Assembly: GCA_032128875.1 (NCBI GenBank)
Contig: JAVLKG010000002.1
Location: forward strand, 192,001 to 256,000
Source of the DNA: Candidatus Melainabacteria bacterium 17Bon1m
Lineage (GTDB): Bacteria > Cyanobacteriota > Vampirovibrionia > Obscuribacterales > Obscuribacteraceae
DNA: 64,000 nt
Reading direction: 5' to 3'
The translations under genes were made by a program, and so were the position numbers. Position 1 is the first letter of the stretch; each line of letters starts with the position of its first letter. Below the pieces are notes generated by a model. That model did not search any database. It saw nothing but the letters and a program-made list of their open reading frames with translations, and had not been told where the DNA came from. Positions 38,835-49,136 of this stretch are shown piece after piece.

Positions 38835-40127
38835 ATGTTGCGATTTTTTACTTCCGGCGAATCTCATGGTCCAACGCTCACGGCAATTGTCGACGGTATG
38901 CCTGCGGGCTTGATGATCGACATTGATGCGATTAATGCCGAACTTGCGGCGCGGCAGCAGGGGTATGGCAGAGGCAATCGACAAAAGATTGAGACTGACA
39001 CTGTTTCATTCGTTGGTGGTGTCAGACATGGTGTCACCACTGGTGCCCCGATCACATTGATGGTCGCTAACCGCGACTTTGCCAACTGGAAGTACGTCAT
39101 GTCTGTTGAGCCCACCGACATGACCAGTCCTGAGGCAAAAGAACAAGCTAACAAGAAGGCGATTGAAAGATTCCGCCCTGGCCACGCTGATTTGGCGGGC
39201 ACACTAAAATTTGATCAGTCGGATATTCGTGATGTGCTGGAAAGAGCCAGTGCGCGCGAAACAGCAGCCCGCGTGGCTGTAGGTGCGTTGTGCCAGCAAT
39301 TGCTCGCCGCTATCGGCGCGCGTTCTGTCAATCACGTCGTGCAAGTCGCTTCGGTGAAGTGCGCGGCATTGCCAGTAGATATATCTCTGGATGAGATTGA
39401 AAAACTGGCTTCTGAAAGTGAACTTTCAGCTACTGATAAATCTGTCGAAGAAGCCATGAAAGACGCGATCAAGGCAGCCTGGCAGGAAGGAGACAGCCTG
39501 GGTGGGGTTGTCGAGGTTTTGGTCGATGGTTTACCTGTGGGTTTAGGCAGCTACACACAGTGGGATAGAAAAATAGATGGTCGTATTGCACAGGCAGTCA
39601 TGAGTATTCAAGCTTTCAAAGCTGTAGAGATTGGAGATGGCGTCGTATCGGCGTCTCTGCCTGGCTCGCAAGTGCACGACCCGTTGTATCCGTCTGATAA
39701 AAATGGCAAGAATTCGAATCTGCCTTTCTCGCGCAAGACCAATCACGCGGGTGGAATCGAAGGCGGTATGACGAATGGTTCTCGCTTGGTGGTGAAAGGT
39801 TATATGAAGCCGTTGCCGACCATGCGCAAAGGTTTGGATTCGCTGTCATTTCCGGAGTTTGAACCTGCACGCGCGCACTACGAGCGCTCCGACGTTTGTG
39901 CCATCGCCGCTGCATCGGTCGTAATGAAAGCCATGGTCAACTACGTATTGGCTGATGCGCTGCTCGAGAAGTTTGCTTGTGATTCGATCCGCGCTCTTAA
40001 AGAGAGTTTTGAATCGTATACTTTGCGGGTGCAAAATTTTGCATCCAAGGGAGACCAGGCGGATTCTGAAAAGAAAGACGCCAATTTGAACGTTGAAGAG
40101 GGACCGGAATTGATAGGGGAGTTCTAA
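38835..40127 (+). CDS. aroC: Chorismate synthase
   Basis: TSGESHG, RPGHAD, ERASARETAARVA, GGIEGGMTNG, ERSD. Confidence 0.98.
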   Translation: MLRFFTSGESHGPTLTAIVDGMPAGLMIDIDAINAELAARQQGYGRGNRQKIETDTVSFVGGVRHGVTTGAPITLMVANRDFANWKYVMSVEPTDMTSPEAKEQANKKAIERFRPGHADLAGTLKFDQSDIRDVLERASARETAARVAVGALCQQLLAAIGARSVNHVVQVASVKCAALPVDISLDEIEKLASESELSATDKSVEEAMKDAIKAAWQEGDSLGGVVEVLVDGLPVGLGSYTQWDRKIDGRIAQAVMSIQAFKAVEIGDGVVSASLPGSQVHDPLYPSDKNGKNSNLPFSRKTNHAGGIEGGMTNGSRLVVKGYMKPLPTMRKGLDSLSFPEFEPARAHYERSDVCAIAAASVVMKAMVNYVLADALLEKFACDSIRALKESFESYTLRVQNFASKGDQADSEKKDANLNVEEGPELIGEF

Positions 40128-40129
40128 TC

Positions 40130-41281
40130 ATGACAGTGTCACGACACAAAACGCGTCACCGTGGTCCCGTTATCACAATGCTGTGGAACACGGCTCTAGA
40201 GGTGCGCACCAGGGTAGCAGTCGGCGCCGGAGCGCGCACGAAGTTGTCCGGCATTCTTGCACAAATCAACGCCGGCAAGCGCGTGTTGGTGCTTTGCCAA
40301 CCGACGACAGCCGTTCAATGGCTCCGCGAAGTTTTGGGTGCGATTCCCTCGGAAGATTATCAAGTCACCACACTTGAAGTGCCGGATGGTGAAACCTGCA
40401 AAACGACCGAATGGTTGTTGCGCGTTTGGGAGCACTTGCAAGAACGCCGCTTCGACCGCCGCGACACCATCGTCGCTTTGGGCGGTGGCTCCGTCACTGA
40501 CCTGGCTGGATTCGCCGCATCAACGTATTTGCGCGGGTTGAATCTGGTCATAGTACCGACCTCGCTTCTGGCGCAGGTTGACGCTGCCATCGGCGGCAAG
40601 ACTGGTATCAATTTGCCCGCTGGCAAAAACCTCGCCGGGACATTCTTCTTCCCGAAGGCCGTTCTTGCTGACCCGGAATTGCTTGCTACTTTGCCGAAGA
40701 AGCAGTTTACATCAGGTTTGGCTGAAGTCATCAAATACGCGATGATTGAAGAAACGGTTGCAAAACATACCGATTACGAAGTCGGACAAAAACGTCTATT
40801 TGATGTTCTGCAGCAATTCGTAGACAGTGAGTTTGACTATGAAGACCCTGTCTGCGCCGGTCTTATTACAAGTTCTATCAAGATGAAACTCTTTGTCGTC
40901 GGTCGCGATCCACACGAAGGTGGGTTGAGACGGGTGTTAAACCTCGGTCACACACTCGGACACGCGTTGGAGAAAGTTGCTGACTATCGCCTTACGCATG
41001 GTGAAGCAGTCGCAATCGGCCTCGCCGCTGTCACTAGATTGGCTGTTTCACTGAAGAAGTTTCCGAAAGGCGATGGCGAAAAGGTCATCAACCTGTTGGA
41101 AGGCGCTGGCTTGCCAGTTGAACTGCCACCAGGCGTCGACAGATCCAAGCTGGTTGATTCAATGTCTCACGACAAGAAGCGCGACGGCGAAGCACTCAAG
41201 CTGGTACTTCCGACCACCAAGATTGGCATTGTCGACTATGAGTACTCACTGCCTATGAGTGATCTCGGCAAGCTTATCTAG
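40130..41281 (+). CDS. aroB: 3-dehydroquinate synthase
   Basis: ALGGG, VPTSLLAQVDAAIGGKTG, KNLAGTF, LNLGHTLGHA, HGEAV. Confidence 0.97.
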   Translation: MTVSRHKTRHRGPVITMLWNTALEVRTRVAVGAGARTKLSGILAQINAGKRVLVLCQPTTAVQWLREVLGAIPSEDYQVTTLEVPDGETCKTTEWLLRVWEHLQERRFDRRDTIVALGGGSVTDLAGFAASTYLRGLNLVIVPTSLLAQVDAAIGGKTGINLPAGKNLAGTFFFPKAVLADPELLATLPKKQFTSGLAEVIKYAMIEETVAKHTDYEVGQKRLFDVLQQFVDSEFDYEDPVCAGLITSSIKMKLFVVGRDPHEGGLRRVLNLGHTLGHALEKVADYRLTHGEAVAIGLAAVTRLAVSLKKFPKGDGEKVINLLEGAGLPVELPPGVDRSKLVDSMSHDKKRDGEALKLVLPTTKIGIVDYEYSLPMSDLGKLI

Positions 41282-41309
41282 TTGTTCGGCAACCTCATTT
41301 AGTGAACCA

Positions 41310-42221
41310 ATGAAAAAACAGCAACCACTGCAAGTTGCCTTTCAGGGAGCGCCGGGTGCGTTCAGCCATAGGGCAGGTCAGATTTTTACACAGCAGAATA
41401 ACCTCGATGAAGACACGAAGTATGTGCCGTGTCGCTCATTTGATGAGGTCTTCGAATCAGTGCTCGACTATAAGTGCGCACTGGGCGTGATACCACTGGA
41501 AAACACTTCCATTGGATCAATCGTCGCCAATTTCGATTTGCTCTACCGGCATCCTGTAATGATGGTAGGCGAAATTTACATTCCCATTCACCATCAGCTG
41601 ATTGGATTCGAAGGGACATCACTCAAGTCGATTACATCGGTATATTCACACCCAGCTGCGCTCGACCAATGCAAGGTATTTCTCAAAAGTCTGCCGGCCG
41701 CAAAACCGCAGGCATATTGGGACACTAGTGGTGCTGCGCTTCATGTCAGCGCTTCCAAAGATCGCAAGTCCGCAGCCATCGCCAGTGAGTTTGCTGCGAA
41801 AGAAGCGAACCTCGCAATTTTGAAAAGAAACATTGAAGACCACGAGGGCAATAGCACTAGATTCGGTATCATTGTGCCGATCCCCGAGCATACGTCTGCT
41901 GACAGCAAGAAAAAGCCCGACCCGCGTGTGGCACCACTTGTGGAAGAAACAAGCAGAAAGTATCCGCTGAAAATGTCTTGTGTTGCTGAGCTTCCGCACA
42001 AGCCCGGAACCCTCGCTAATCTCCTCAATGGATTGGTGCACAATCACGTCAACCTCACCAAAATCGAATCGCGACCAGTACCGGATGCTCCTTGGCACTA
42101 CCGCTTCTTCCTTGATATGGTTCTCGATTCGAAAGAGAAAGAAGCGCAAGTTGTTGAAGAGCTAAAGCAACGAACCGAGAATCTAAAACTCCTCGGTCGC
42201 TACCAAATCTGGGAAGGCTAG
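41310..42221 (+). CDS. pheA: Monofunctional prephenate dehydratase with ACT domain
   Basis: FQGAPGAFS, PLENT, YSHP, NSTRF, LTKIESRP. Confidence 0.95.
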   Translation: MKKQQPLQVAFQGAPGAFSHRAGQIFTQQNNLDEDTKYVPCRSFDEVFESVLDYKCALGVIPLENTSIGSIVANFDLLYRHPVMMVGEIYIPIHHQLIGFEGTSLKSITSVYSHPAALDQCKVFLKSLPAAKPQAYWDTSGAALHVSASKDRKSAAIASEFAAKEANLAILKRNIEDHEGNSTRFGIIVPIPEHTSADSKKKPDPRVAPLVEETSRKYPLKMSCVAELPHKPGTLANLLNGLVHNHVNLTKIESRPVPDAPWHYRFFLDMVLDSKEKEAQVVEELKQRTENLKLLGRYQIWEG

Positions 42222-42228
42222 TCCTTTT

Positions 42229-42374
42229 GTAGGGGCGACGCTATGCGTCGCCCGGTTTTATATGTGGCGATGACATGCATCATTCGTTTTCGTGGGGGCG
42301 CGTTGCACGCGCAGGTTTCCGTAGGGGAGCCGCATGCGGCTCCCTGAACAGGGAGGCACATGTGCCTCTCGTAC
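42229..42374. repeat. Cluster of about five REP-like palindromes (BIME-like)
   Basis: GTAGGGGCGACGCTATGCGTCGCCC, GTGGGGGCGCGTTGCACGCGC, GTAGGGGAGCCGCATGCGGCTCCCT, GGGAGGCACATGTGCCTCTCGTAC. Confidence 0.85.
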
Positions 42375-42389
42375 GATTTGCAAGGTAGC

Positions 42390-43844
42390 CTAGTGCTTCA
42401 CTGCTTCTTCTTCCTTGGCTTCCTTGTCTTTGGTTTCGCTTACGCCGAATATCTGCATCAGAGTTTTGTTATTGCTGGTGCTGATCTTCGCGCGGAGCTT
42501 TTCCAATCCTTCGCAGGTGAGGAAGTTGTGCCCGACTTTCAACTTGGTGACTGCTTCCTTGTAGTCCTTCGACTGTGTGTCTTCGATAAGTTGTTCTTTC
42601 AAAATTTGTGTTAGCACCTTCTGTGCTTCTTCGTCTTTGACGCCATTCAAAAAGCGTTCTGCAACTTGCCACGGACCTTCACCGGCTTTTTGCGTGCCGA
42701 TTTCAATGAGCTTGTTTTCGTCAACCACTCCGTTGATGTTTACTTCAGGCTTGTCTTGCTTGTTTTCGGTGGTTTCCTTGTCGTCTTTCTTCTCTTCTTT
42801 GTTTTCTACTTTGTCTTTGTCTGTTTCTTCAGAAGAGTCTTTATCGTCGTCTTCTTCTTTCTCGTCCTTCTGCTCGTCCTTGTTCTCTACTTTCTCTTCG
42901 TCTTCTTTCTCTTCAGTAGTCGATGTGCCTTCTTTTGCTTTGTTTACGATCGCGTCTGCGGCTTCCTTTCCACCAACAGCGCCGATGATTGATTCTTGCG
43001 TAATGAAGTGGTCATTTGCTGACCAGAAATCGTAATCGGTCTTTACCAAGGTCGAGTTGCTGTCTTTCTCGTTGTTCTTATCTTCAAATGTGAGTTTCAG
43101 ATTCTCTACAGCCTTCAACTCTTCAGCTGAGAATCTCGCTCTAAATCCTTCGCTGTTTTTGACCCGCTCGAGGAAATCATCTACTTCTTCGTCCGTTAGC
43201 TCGCCATCACCTTTTTCGCCACCGATTTCGTCAACCGCAGCGAACAGAGTTTTGTTCTTCACGAACGTTTCTGCGATTTGTCTATTGAGTTCTCTGGTCT
43301 TTTCGTAGCCAACTTCTTTGGCTGCGTTTTCTTTGCTGCTTTGAAGGACATCAGCTAGTTCGCTGAATTCAAGAACGTCTTCACCGCCGTAATCGTTCTT
43401 TCTCAAGAGGTCAGCAGCATTGCCTAGCAATGCAACTTGCAAATCATCGACTTTGTTTTCGCCTTTGCCATAGGTTTGTTCAAGTTCTTTCTTGTCGAAC
43501 ATGCGCTCCGCTTGGTGCGCGACCTCTTTGGCATCGAATTCGTCTTTGTCGTCAGGGTTAGTGAACTTCTCTTTGTTGTCGTTGAGATAGCCTAGAGAAA
43601 GTCCGGGTAAGAGGTCTGCTTTGCCGGTGTTACGACCGCTCAAAGCCATCATCATTTCGTTTTCCCAAGTGTCCTGCTCAGCAGCAGTGAGCGTCGAAGC
43701 ATTCTTCCGCTCCGCCTTCAGCAGGTCATAAGCTTCTTGGATCCCTTTGTGGCTGAAAGCATCACGGATTGCTTCTGCATCTTTTCTAGCGTCTTCACAC
43801 GCGGCATCCGTGTTCACATTCGCAGCCGTAGCATCGTTGACCAT
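42390..43844 (-). CDS. Acidic hypothetical protein with EF-hand-like loop, K/E/D-rich linker and possible LysM-like C-terminus
   Basis: GAGGA RBS; DEIGGEKGDGELTDEEV; KAGEGPWQVAERFL...LKVGH. Confidence 0.7.
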   Translation of the reverse strand: MVNDATAANVNTDAACEDARKDAEAIRDAFSHKGIQEAYDLLKAERKNASTLTAAEQDTWENEMMMALSGRNTGKADLLPGLSLGYLNDNKEKFTNPDDKDEFDAKEVAHQAERMFDKKELEQTYGKGENKVDDLQVALLGNAADLLRKNDYGGEDVLEFSELADVLQSSKENAAKEVGYEKTRELNRQIAETFVKNKTLFAAVDEIGGEKGDGELTDEEVDDFLERVKNSEGFRARFSAEELKAVENLKLTFEDKNNEKDSNSTLVKTDYDFWSANDHFITQESIIGAVGGKEAADAIVNKAKEGTSTTEEKEDEEKVENKDEQKDEKEEDDDKDSSEETDKDKVENKEEKKDDKETTENKQDKPEVNINGVVDENKLIEIGTQKAGEGPWQVAERFLNGVKDEEAQKVLTQILKEQLIEDTQSKDYKEAVTKLKVGHNFLTCEGLEKLRAKISTSNNKTLMQIFGVSETKDKEAKEEEAVKH

Positions 43845-44013
43845 TACAAGATCCTCGGTAGATATAGAGAAGTACAGGGGGATGATGGGAGCCAAAGGGG
43901 GTTGGCTCCGGGTATTCTGCAACTCCCACATCACAGCCAGATAACAGGCGGAATTTTGGCACCTGTTTGCCGTCTGGGTTGTTTTCAAGCGCGAATTTCA
44001 CTTCCCTGTTAGG

Positions 44014-45579
44014 ATGAACTTTGCGTTGGGTCAGCGTGACTATGTGATGGTGATGCTGCAATCTGGTGGAGATGAATTAGTCGTGAATGCGCCGACCGAA
44101 GCTTCTGAGCTTCGGATGACGGTCGCTCTTCCAGAATCTGCACAGAAGGTGATCAGCTACCGTGCTGGATACGGGCTCTCTTGGCTGTTCGCTTTAATGA
44201 CACTAGGGTTCTTCGTCTGGGCTGTCGTTTCAGGCGCCTGGTCTATCCAGCGGATCAAGTTCTTGCTGTTGCTAGATCTTCCAGCGCTGAGACTCTGGTC
44301 TGAAATTCTCTTGAGCTGCGCGTTGCCGGTTTTTGCCACGACACTTGGCTCGGTCACTCTGCTCGTCGCCCGCAATGCTGAGGCGCCATCTATCTCATAT
44401 TCTGAAAGAGGAATTACTTTCGACGAGCAGTGGAGCGACACGTTGCTCGGTATTGAAACAAGAGAGTGGTCTGACATTCATTCTTTGGAATGCACAGGAG
44501 TCGTCAGCCCTAAGAGTATTTCCGAGTGGAAGTATTTCGATGGATGCTCACTGATAATTGATTTCAAGTCCGGTGGCAGTGCGCTTCTTGAATTGGACCG
44601 GCTACAACGCAATGAAGTAGAAGAGTTGTTTTTGGCGGTTGAGAAGTGGTCTGATCAGTCTGTACTATCGCGCCGGGCCTTGCTTCTCGAACGTGGCTTG
44701 GCCGCAGTCGACAACGCAATCTCTTTAAGTTACACATCCATATGGACTGATGCACTCGAATCGCAGTTTGCAGCAACCAATTTCGTTCCGCTCAAAACTG
44801 CAAGCACCCTTCAAAGCGATCGCTACGAAGTGCGCATGCAGTTGGCATCAGGTGGACTGTCTGCGGTTTACCTGGCAAAGATGAAGCCGGATTCTCGCGT
44901 TGTGTTGAAAGAGTCGGTCCTGCCCCCCGACATAGACGACAAGACTCGCGCGAAGGCTAAGGAGCTTTTCGAGCGTGAGGGACGCTTGTTATCACGCCTA
45001 GAACACCCTCAGATAGCCAAAGTTTTGGACTTCTTTGTAGAGGGCGGGCGTGACTACATCGCACTGGAATACATTCCTGGCGTCTCGCTTCGCCAGTTCA
45101 TCAAGTCGGACAATTATCGCGATGAGAAATTGATCCTCTCATGGGCAGCGCAGATTGCGGACATACTTTTGTATCTTCACGAACTTGAACCACCTATAGT
45201 TCATAGAGATCTGACACCAGACAATCTGCTTGCGCGTGATGACGGAAAAGTCGCCTTAATTGACTTTGGCGTCTCCAACGAGTTCATCAGCCGCGCGACC
45301 GGCACCTTAGTTGGAAAGCAAGCATACATCTCGCCGGAGCAGTTTCGCGGTAAAGCGGAGCCCAAGAGTGATGTCTATTCATTTGGTGCGACACTTCACT
45401 TCCTCCTCACTGGCGAAGATCCTGAGCCGCTTTCTACTTCCCGGCCAAAACAATTAAAGCCGGAAGTAAGTCCATTCTTAGATGAGTTTATCGCTCAATG
45501 CACCGATATGGATGTTGAGAAGCGTCCTGATGCGCGCGCGACTCTTGAAACCTGTAGGCGCCTTTTGGAAAGATACTAG
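44014..45579 (+). CDS. Membrane-anchored Hanks-type Ser/Thr protein kinase
   Basis: N-terminal TMs; LASGGLSAVY, VVLKE, HRDLTPDN, DFG, YISPEQ; start uncertain. Confidence 0.92.
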   Translation: MNFALGQRDYVMVMLQSGGDELVVNAPTEASELRMTVALPESAQKVISYRAGYGLSWLFALMTLGFFVWAVVSGAWSIQRIKFLLLLDLPALRLWSEILLSCALPVFATTLGSVTLLVARNAEAPSISYSERGITFDEQWSDTLLGIETREWSDIHSLECTGVVSPKSISEWKYFDGCSLIIDFKSGGSALLELDRLQRNEVEELFLAVEKWSDQSVLSRRALLLERGLAAVDNAISLSYTSIWTDALESQFAATNFVPLKTASTLQSDRYEVRMQLASGGLSAVYLAKMKPDSRVVLKESVLPPDIDDKTRAKAKELFEREGRLLSRLEHPQIAKVLDFFVEGGRDYIALEYIPGVSLRQFIKSDNYRDEKLILSWAAQIADILLYLHELEPPIVHRDLTPDNLLARDDGKVALIDFGVSNEFISRATGTLVGKQAYISPEQFRGKAEPKSDVYSFGATLHFLLTGEDPEPLSTSRPKQLKPEVSPFLDEFIAQCTDMDVEKRPDARATLETCRRLLERY

Positions 45580-45599
45580 ACTGTCCGGAGGTTTGTTTT

Positions 45600-47174
45600 G
45601 TGTGGGAAAGTGAGCGAGTACTGAGACTTCCGGCCAGTGTGCCATCGTCGGGGCACTATGTTCTTCACTACAATCCAGAGCGCGCCACCTTTACCGGTGG
45701 TATCGCAGCCAGTGCGCAGAAACATTTTCTAGGTTTTGCCTCAACCGTGATTGCAAGTCTTGCAGTTTTACTATTTGGCTTTTGCGCCGGTTTGGGAAAC
45801 ATCGCGATAGGCTCAGTCTTTTGTTTGCTGCTTGGCGTTCTAGTCATGATTGAACTGAGCCGCCCGACAAATCTCGAGTTTACACAGCAGGGTTTTAGAG
45901 TGCACTGGTTGCACCAACTTTTCTATTACTCTGGTCCATGGATAAACTGGGATTCCGTCATATCTGTTTCGTACAGTGAAGCAAGTGTGCCCGGAATTGA
46001 GAATGCAGAATGCTTTGAGATTACATTTGACCAATCCGGCTATCCGATGCGCCTTTTCGAGCTGATGTCCGTTCCGATTACAGCCAAGTGCGAAAGTCGA
46101 AAATTGACGCTGCGCTTTCTGGAATGTGGTTTTTTTCAGGAAGATGATCGTCTGAACTTTATTCGTGCGTTGCGAATGAATGTACCTGACGAGAAGATCA
46201 ATGCCGAGTTTCTCGCGCATGAAACGTTTGGCGAGGTGCCATCATACACAGCGCTTTGGTTGGAAAATTTGCACGGAGGTCGTGATACAGAGACCGGTGT
46301 TTTGCCTGACGGGGTAAAACTTGCAGACGGCAGGTATCTTGTTGTGAAACGTTTGGGCTCCGGAGGGCAAGCTGTAGTTTATGACGCCGTCGAATCCTGT
46401 ACGAGCGATGCCATGCATCGTCCCCAGGAAATTGCCGCGCGCGCCGGCATCCAGCCGGCATCGGGCAGCTTTAATGCCGAAACAGCAGTTGTCCTCAAAG
46501 AGTTTGTCCTTCCCGTTCGTGGTGGCAGAGAAATTAAACGAAGGGCGATTCATAATATTCAGCGCGAAGCAAATCTCCTCAAGTCGTTTGACCACAAAAA
46601 CATTGTTGGATACAGAGATTTGTTCATCGAAGGCTCGCGTGCGTATCTAGTGATGGAGCGTATTTTTGGTGAAACGTTGCGAAGAAAAGTTGAATCATCA
46701 GGAAAATTTTCAGCCCAGCAAGTTGTTGGTCTCGCACAGCAGATGTGTGTCTTATTGGAGTTTCTCCACGGTAGCGATCCACCTGTGATTCATCGTGACT
46801 TTACGCCTGAGAATCTCATGCTCACCGATGATGGTCAGCTCAAACTCATTGATTTCAACGTCGCGCACAGATTGGAATCATCATCCACACGCACGGTAGT
46901 CGGTAAGCATGCCTATGTGCCGCCGGAGCAATTTCGCGGCAAGCCGACCGAGCAAAGTGACATCTATGCGCTTGGAGCCACCATGTTCTATTTGTTGACC
47001 GGTGAAGATCCAGAACCCATCACTCGCTCGGACCTCACTAACGATCCGACGGTTCCTCCTGAACTGGCATTATTAATTATGAAAGCCACAGAACCCAACG
47101 CGAGTGACCGATTTTTTACCGCTGAAGAAGTACTTGCATCGCTGGACGGAATAAATTCGCAGGATCTTTCTTAA
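45600..47174 (+). CDS. Membrane-anchored Hanks-type Ser/Thr protein kinase (paralog)
   Basis: GGAGG RBS; LGSGGQAVVY, VVLKE, HRDFTPEN, DFN, YVPPEQ. Confidence 0.92.
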   Translation: MWESERVLRLPASVPSSGHYVLHYNPERATFTGGIAASAQKHFLGFASTVIASLAVLLFGFCAGLGNIAIGSVFCLLLGVLVMIELSRPTNLEFTQQGFRVHWLHQLFYYSGPWINWDSVISVSYSEASVPGIENAECFEITFDQSGYPMRLFELMSVPITAKCESRKLTLRFLECGFFQEDDRLNFIRALRMNVPDEKINAEFLAHETFGEVPSYTALWLENLHGGRDTETGVLPDGVKLADGRYLVVKRLGSGGQAVVYDAVESCTSDAMHRPQEIAARAGIQPASGSFNAETAVVLKEFVLPVRGGREIKRRAIHNIQREANLLKSFDHKNIVGYRDLFIEGSRAYLVMERIFGETLRRKVESSGKFSAQQVVGLAQQMCVLLEFLHGSDPPVIHRDFTPENLMLTDDGQLKLIDFNVAHRLESSSTRTVVGKHAYVPPEQFRGKPTEQSDIYALGATMFYLLTGEDPEPITRSDLTNDPTVPPELALLIMKATEPNASDRFFTAEEVLASLDGINSQDLS

Positions 47175-47237
47175 CGCATCTCGTTGGTTGGAATTAACTC
47201 GTCGACTCGCAGTGAGTTGCTCAGCAACACACAGACG

Positions 47238-48896
47238 TCAGCACCTCAAGTTGCTCAGCATCGTATCCGCCGAGAGGCGATAACTCTGCGCGTCGCGCTG
47301 TTTTCCTTGCATCTCTTTCAAATTTGCAACTGCGAGATATGTTCTTGCGATGTCCGGGTGTCCAGGCAGAAGCAATTGCTCGCGGATCTGAAGGCTCTCG
47401 TTGAGAAGCTTTTCCGCGCTGTTAAATTGCCCCGAGCGTACTTTAGAGTCCGCCCAATTTGACAGGAGTTTTGCCTTTGCCAAACGATACGATGGTTTGT
47501 CGGAGCTTTCCGCAATTCTCATCCCTTCCTCGACTGTTCTCTCCGCCATGCCGCTTTCAGAATTCATTGAATAGACCAACGCAAGATCCGCCAATGTGAT
47601 TGCGAGTTGTTCTTCAAACTGTTTTGGCATCTCTTTGCGAACTTTGATAGCCTTTTGCAGATGCGACTTTGCATCATCGTAAGAGCCCTTTATTGTCTCG
47701 ATTTTTCCTTTCAATACTAGGGCCGCAGCAAGCGCGAGTCTTGGTCTTTGCGAAAATCGTTCGTTAGAGAAATTGTCCTGTGCAAGGCGTAACGCCTTCT
47801 CGGCGTGCACAAGAGCTTCGTCGTACATGCCCATGTCGTAATAGATGCAACCGATCGACTCATTGCAAAGCGACTCGACTTCAGAGTTTTGATGGGTATA
47901 TCTGATCTCGGCATCGATAAAAGCTCTCTGAGTCTTACTATCATTTCCTCTTCGCTCAGGTTTGATGTTCGGGCGACTGGCGAGCGTGCTCAAAGCTTTT
48001 TTGCTGCATTGAAGCGCTTTGGGATACTGCAATTGTTCTTGCGCAATTTCCGCTTCCAATCCATATGCAACAGCGGTTTCGAAAGAGCAGTCGCTCATCG
48101 CAGAGGCAATTTTGGTGTTGAGTTTGGCGACCTTTTCTGCCCATTTGAAGTTGCGGTCGCGCGCTAGCGTTCCCGCTACTGCGGGCAGGAAAGAGATGAA
48201 TGCGATAAATCCCAGGCATCCAACAATGAGCACGATAAATGCCATCAGATTTCCCGGAATGGGTCCGAATTGCCAGCTATTGAGACCGTTTTTCAACCAA
48301 ATCATTGCCGCAGCAAATGCAGCGAAGAGCAGTGAAACCTTCACCGATATGTACTTGTCTTTCGGCGCTGCTGCTATTGCTGCACCACTGCTGGAATTCG
48401 ATAGAACTTGCCTCGGTCCGATGTTTGAACCGAAAGAACTGGAACTTGTGCCAAACCTTTGATCGGGGCATTTAGCGATGAATAACATGAGAATTGCTAT
48501 GGCAAAGACCATTCCGACCGAATACTGATTGACGCCGGTCGAAAGGCAAGACACTCCAGGATCGCCTGGCTTGTAGTGGATGGAGATTTGTTTTCCTTTT
48601 GGGAACGCGGCAACCATCAGGTCGTGACTTTGAAGTTGCATGCCGCCGAATTTTATGCGATCGCTGTCGAACGTTTTTCCATCAACTACGTATTGATAGT
48701 GAATTTGGGCTTCGTCGCGTGTTCCGTGTTTTGTCTGCACTTTCTTGACGATGGAGCTGGTCACCTTTGCGTTGACTGTCGGCCACTTTTCGCTGGCGAC
48801 GCCAAGGATGGTCTCGTTGACTGCATACCAGGCGCATCCAATGGCGATTGCATAGCGCATAAACTGCAGAATCGAATACAGAACACTGGTGTTCAT
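47238..48896 (-). CDS. Membrane protein with DUF3592-like N-terminal domain and C-terminal TPR repeats
   Basis: WPTVNAKVTSS...YQYVVDG...YKPGDP; LQIREQLLLPGHPDIARTY kinesin-light-chain-type TPR. Confidence 0.8.
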   Translation of the reverse strand: MNTSVLYSILQFMRYAIAIGCAWYAVNETILGVASEKWPTVNAKVTSSIVKKVQTKHGTRDEAQIHYQYVVDGKTFDSDRIKFGGMQLQSHDLMVAAFPKGKQISIHYKPGDPGVSCLSTGVNQYSVGMVFAIAILMLFIAKCPDQRFGTSSSSFGSNIGPRQVLSNSSSGAAIAAAPKDKYISVKVSLLFAAFAAAMIWLKNGLNSWQFGPIPGNLMAFIVLIVGCLGFIAFISFLPAVAGTLARDRNFKWAEKVAKLNTKIASAMSDCSFETAVAYGLEAEIAQEQLQYPKALQCSKKALSTLASRPNIKPERRGNDSKTQRAFIDAEIRYTHQNSEVESLCNESIGCIYYDMGMYDEALVHAEKALRLAQDNFSNERFSQRPRLALAAALVLKGKIETIKGSYDDAKSHLQKAIKVRKEMPKQFEEQLAITLADLALVYSMNSESGMAERTVEEGMRIAESSDKPSYRLAKAKLLSNWADSKVRSGQFNSAEKLLNESLQIREQLLLPGHPDIARTYLAVANLKEMQGKQRDAQSYRLSADTMLSNLRC

Positions 48897-49136
48897 CAGG
48901 CACCTCGCTTTATAGAAACTCGCGCCGAAGCGTGCGAAGAGGGGGCTAAGCAGGGCTGCTTAGTCTTGGAATGAAACTGAGGGAGCGGGCTCAGGATTTA
49001 CCGATTCTACGCCCGCGCTTGACAACATGGGTGAATCGTAACAGAGCCTTCATTTTTGGGCTTTGCCCTACCTATTAATGGAGGACCTGAAGGCTATCAT
49101 TCTGAAAGTCGTCGATAACACACTTCAGATACGGAT

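Noticed and set aside
43880-43980. c-di-GMP-I riboswitch suggested by GGCAAAC and hairpins upstream of the 42390-43844 gene
   Set aside because: No GNRA tetraloop on P2 and no GACGCAAAG junction.
19738-48664. Cyanobacterial HIP1 (GCGATCGC) enrichment
   Set aside because: Only a few copies noticed by eye (about 19738, 27077, 48657); no evident over-representation, though not counted computationally.
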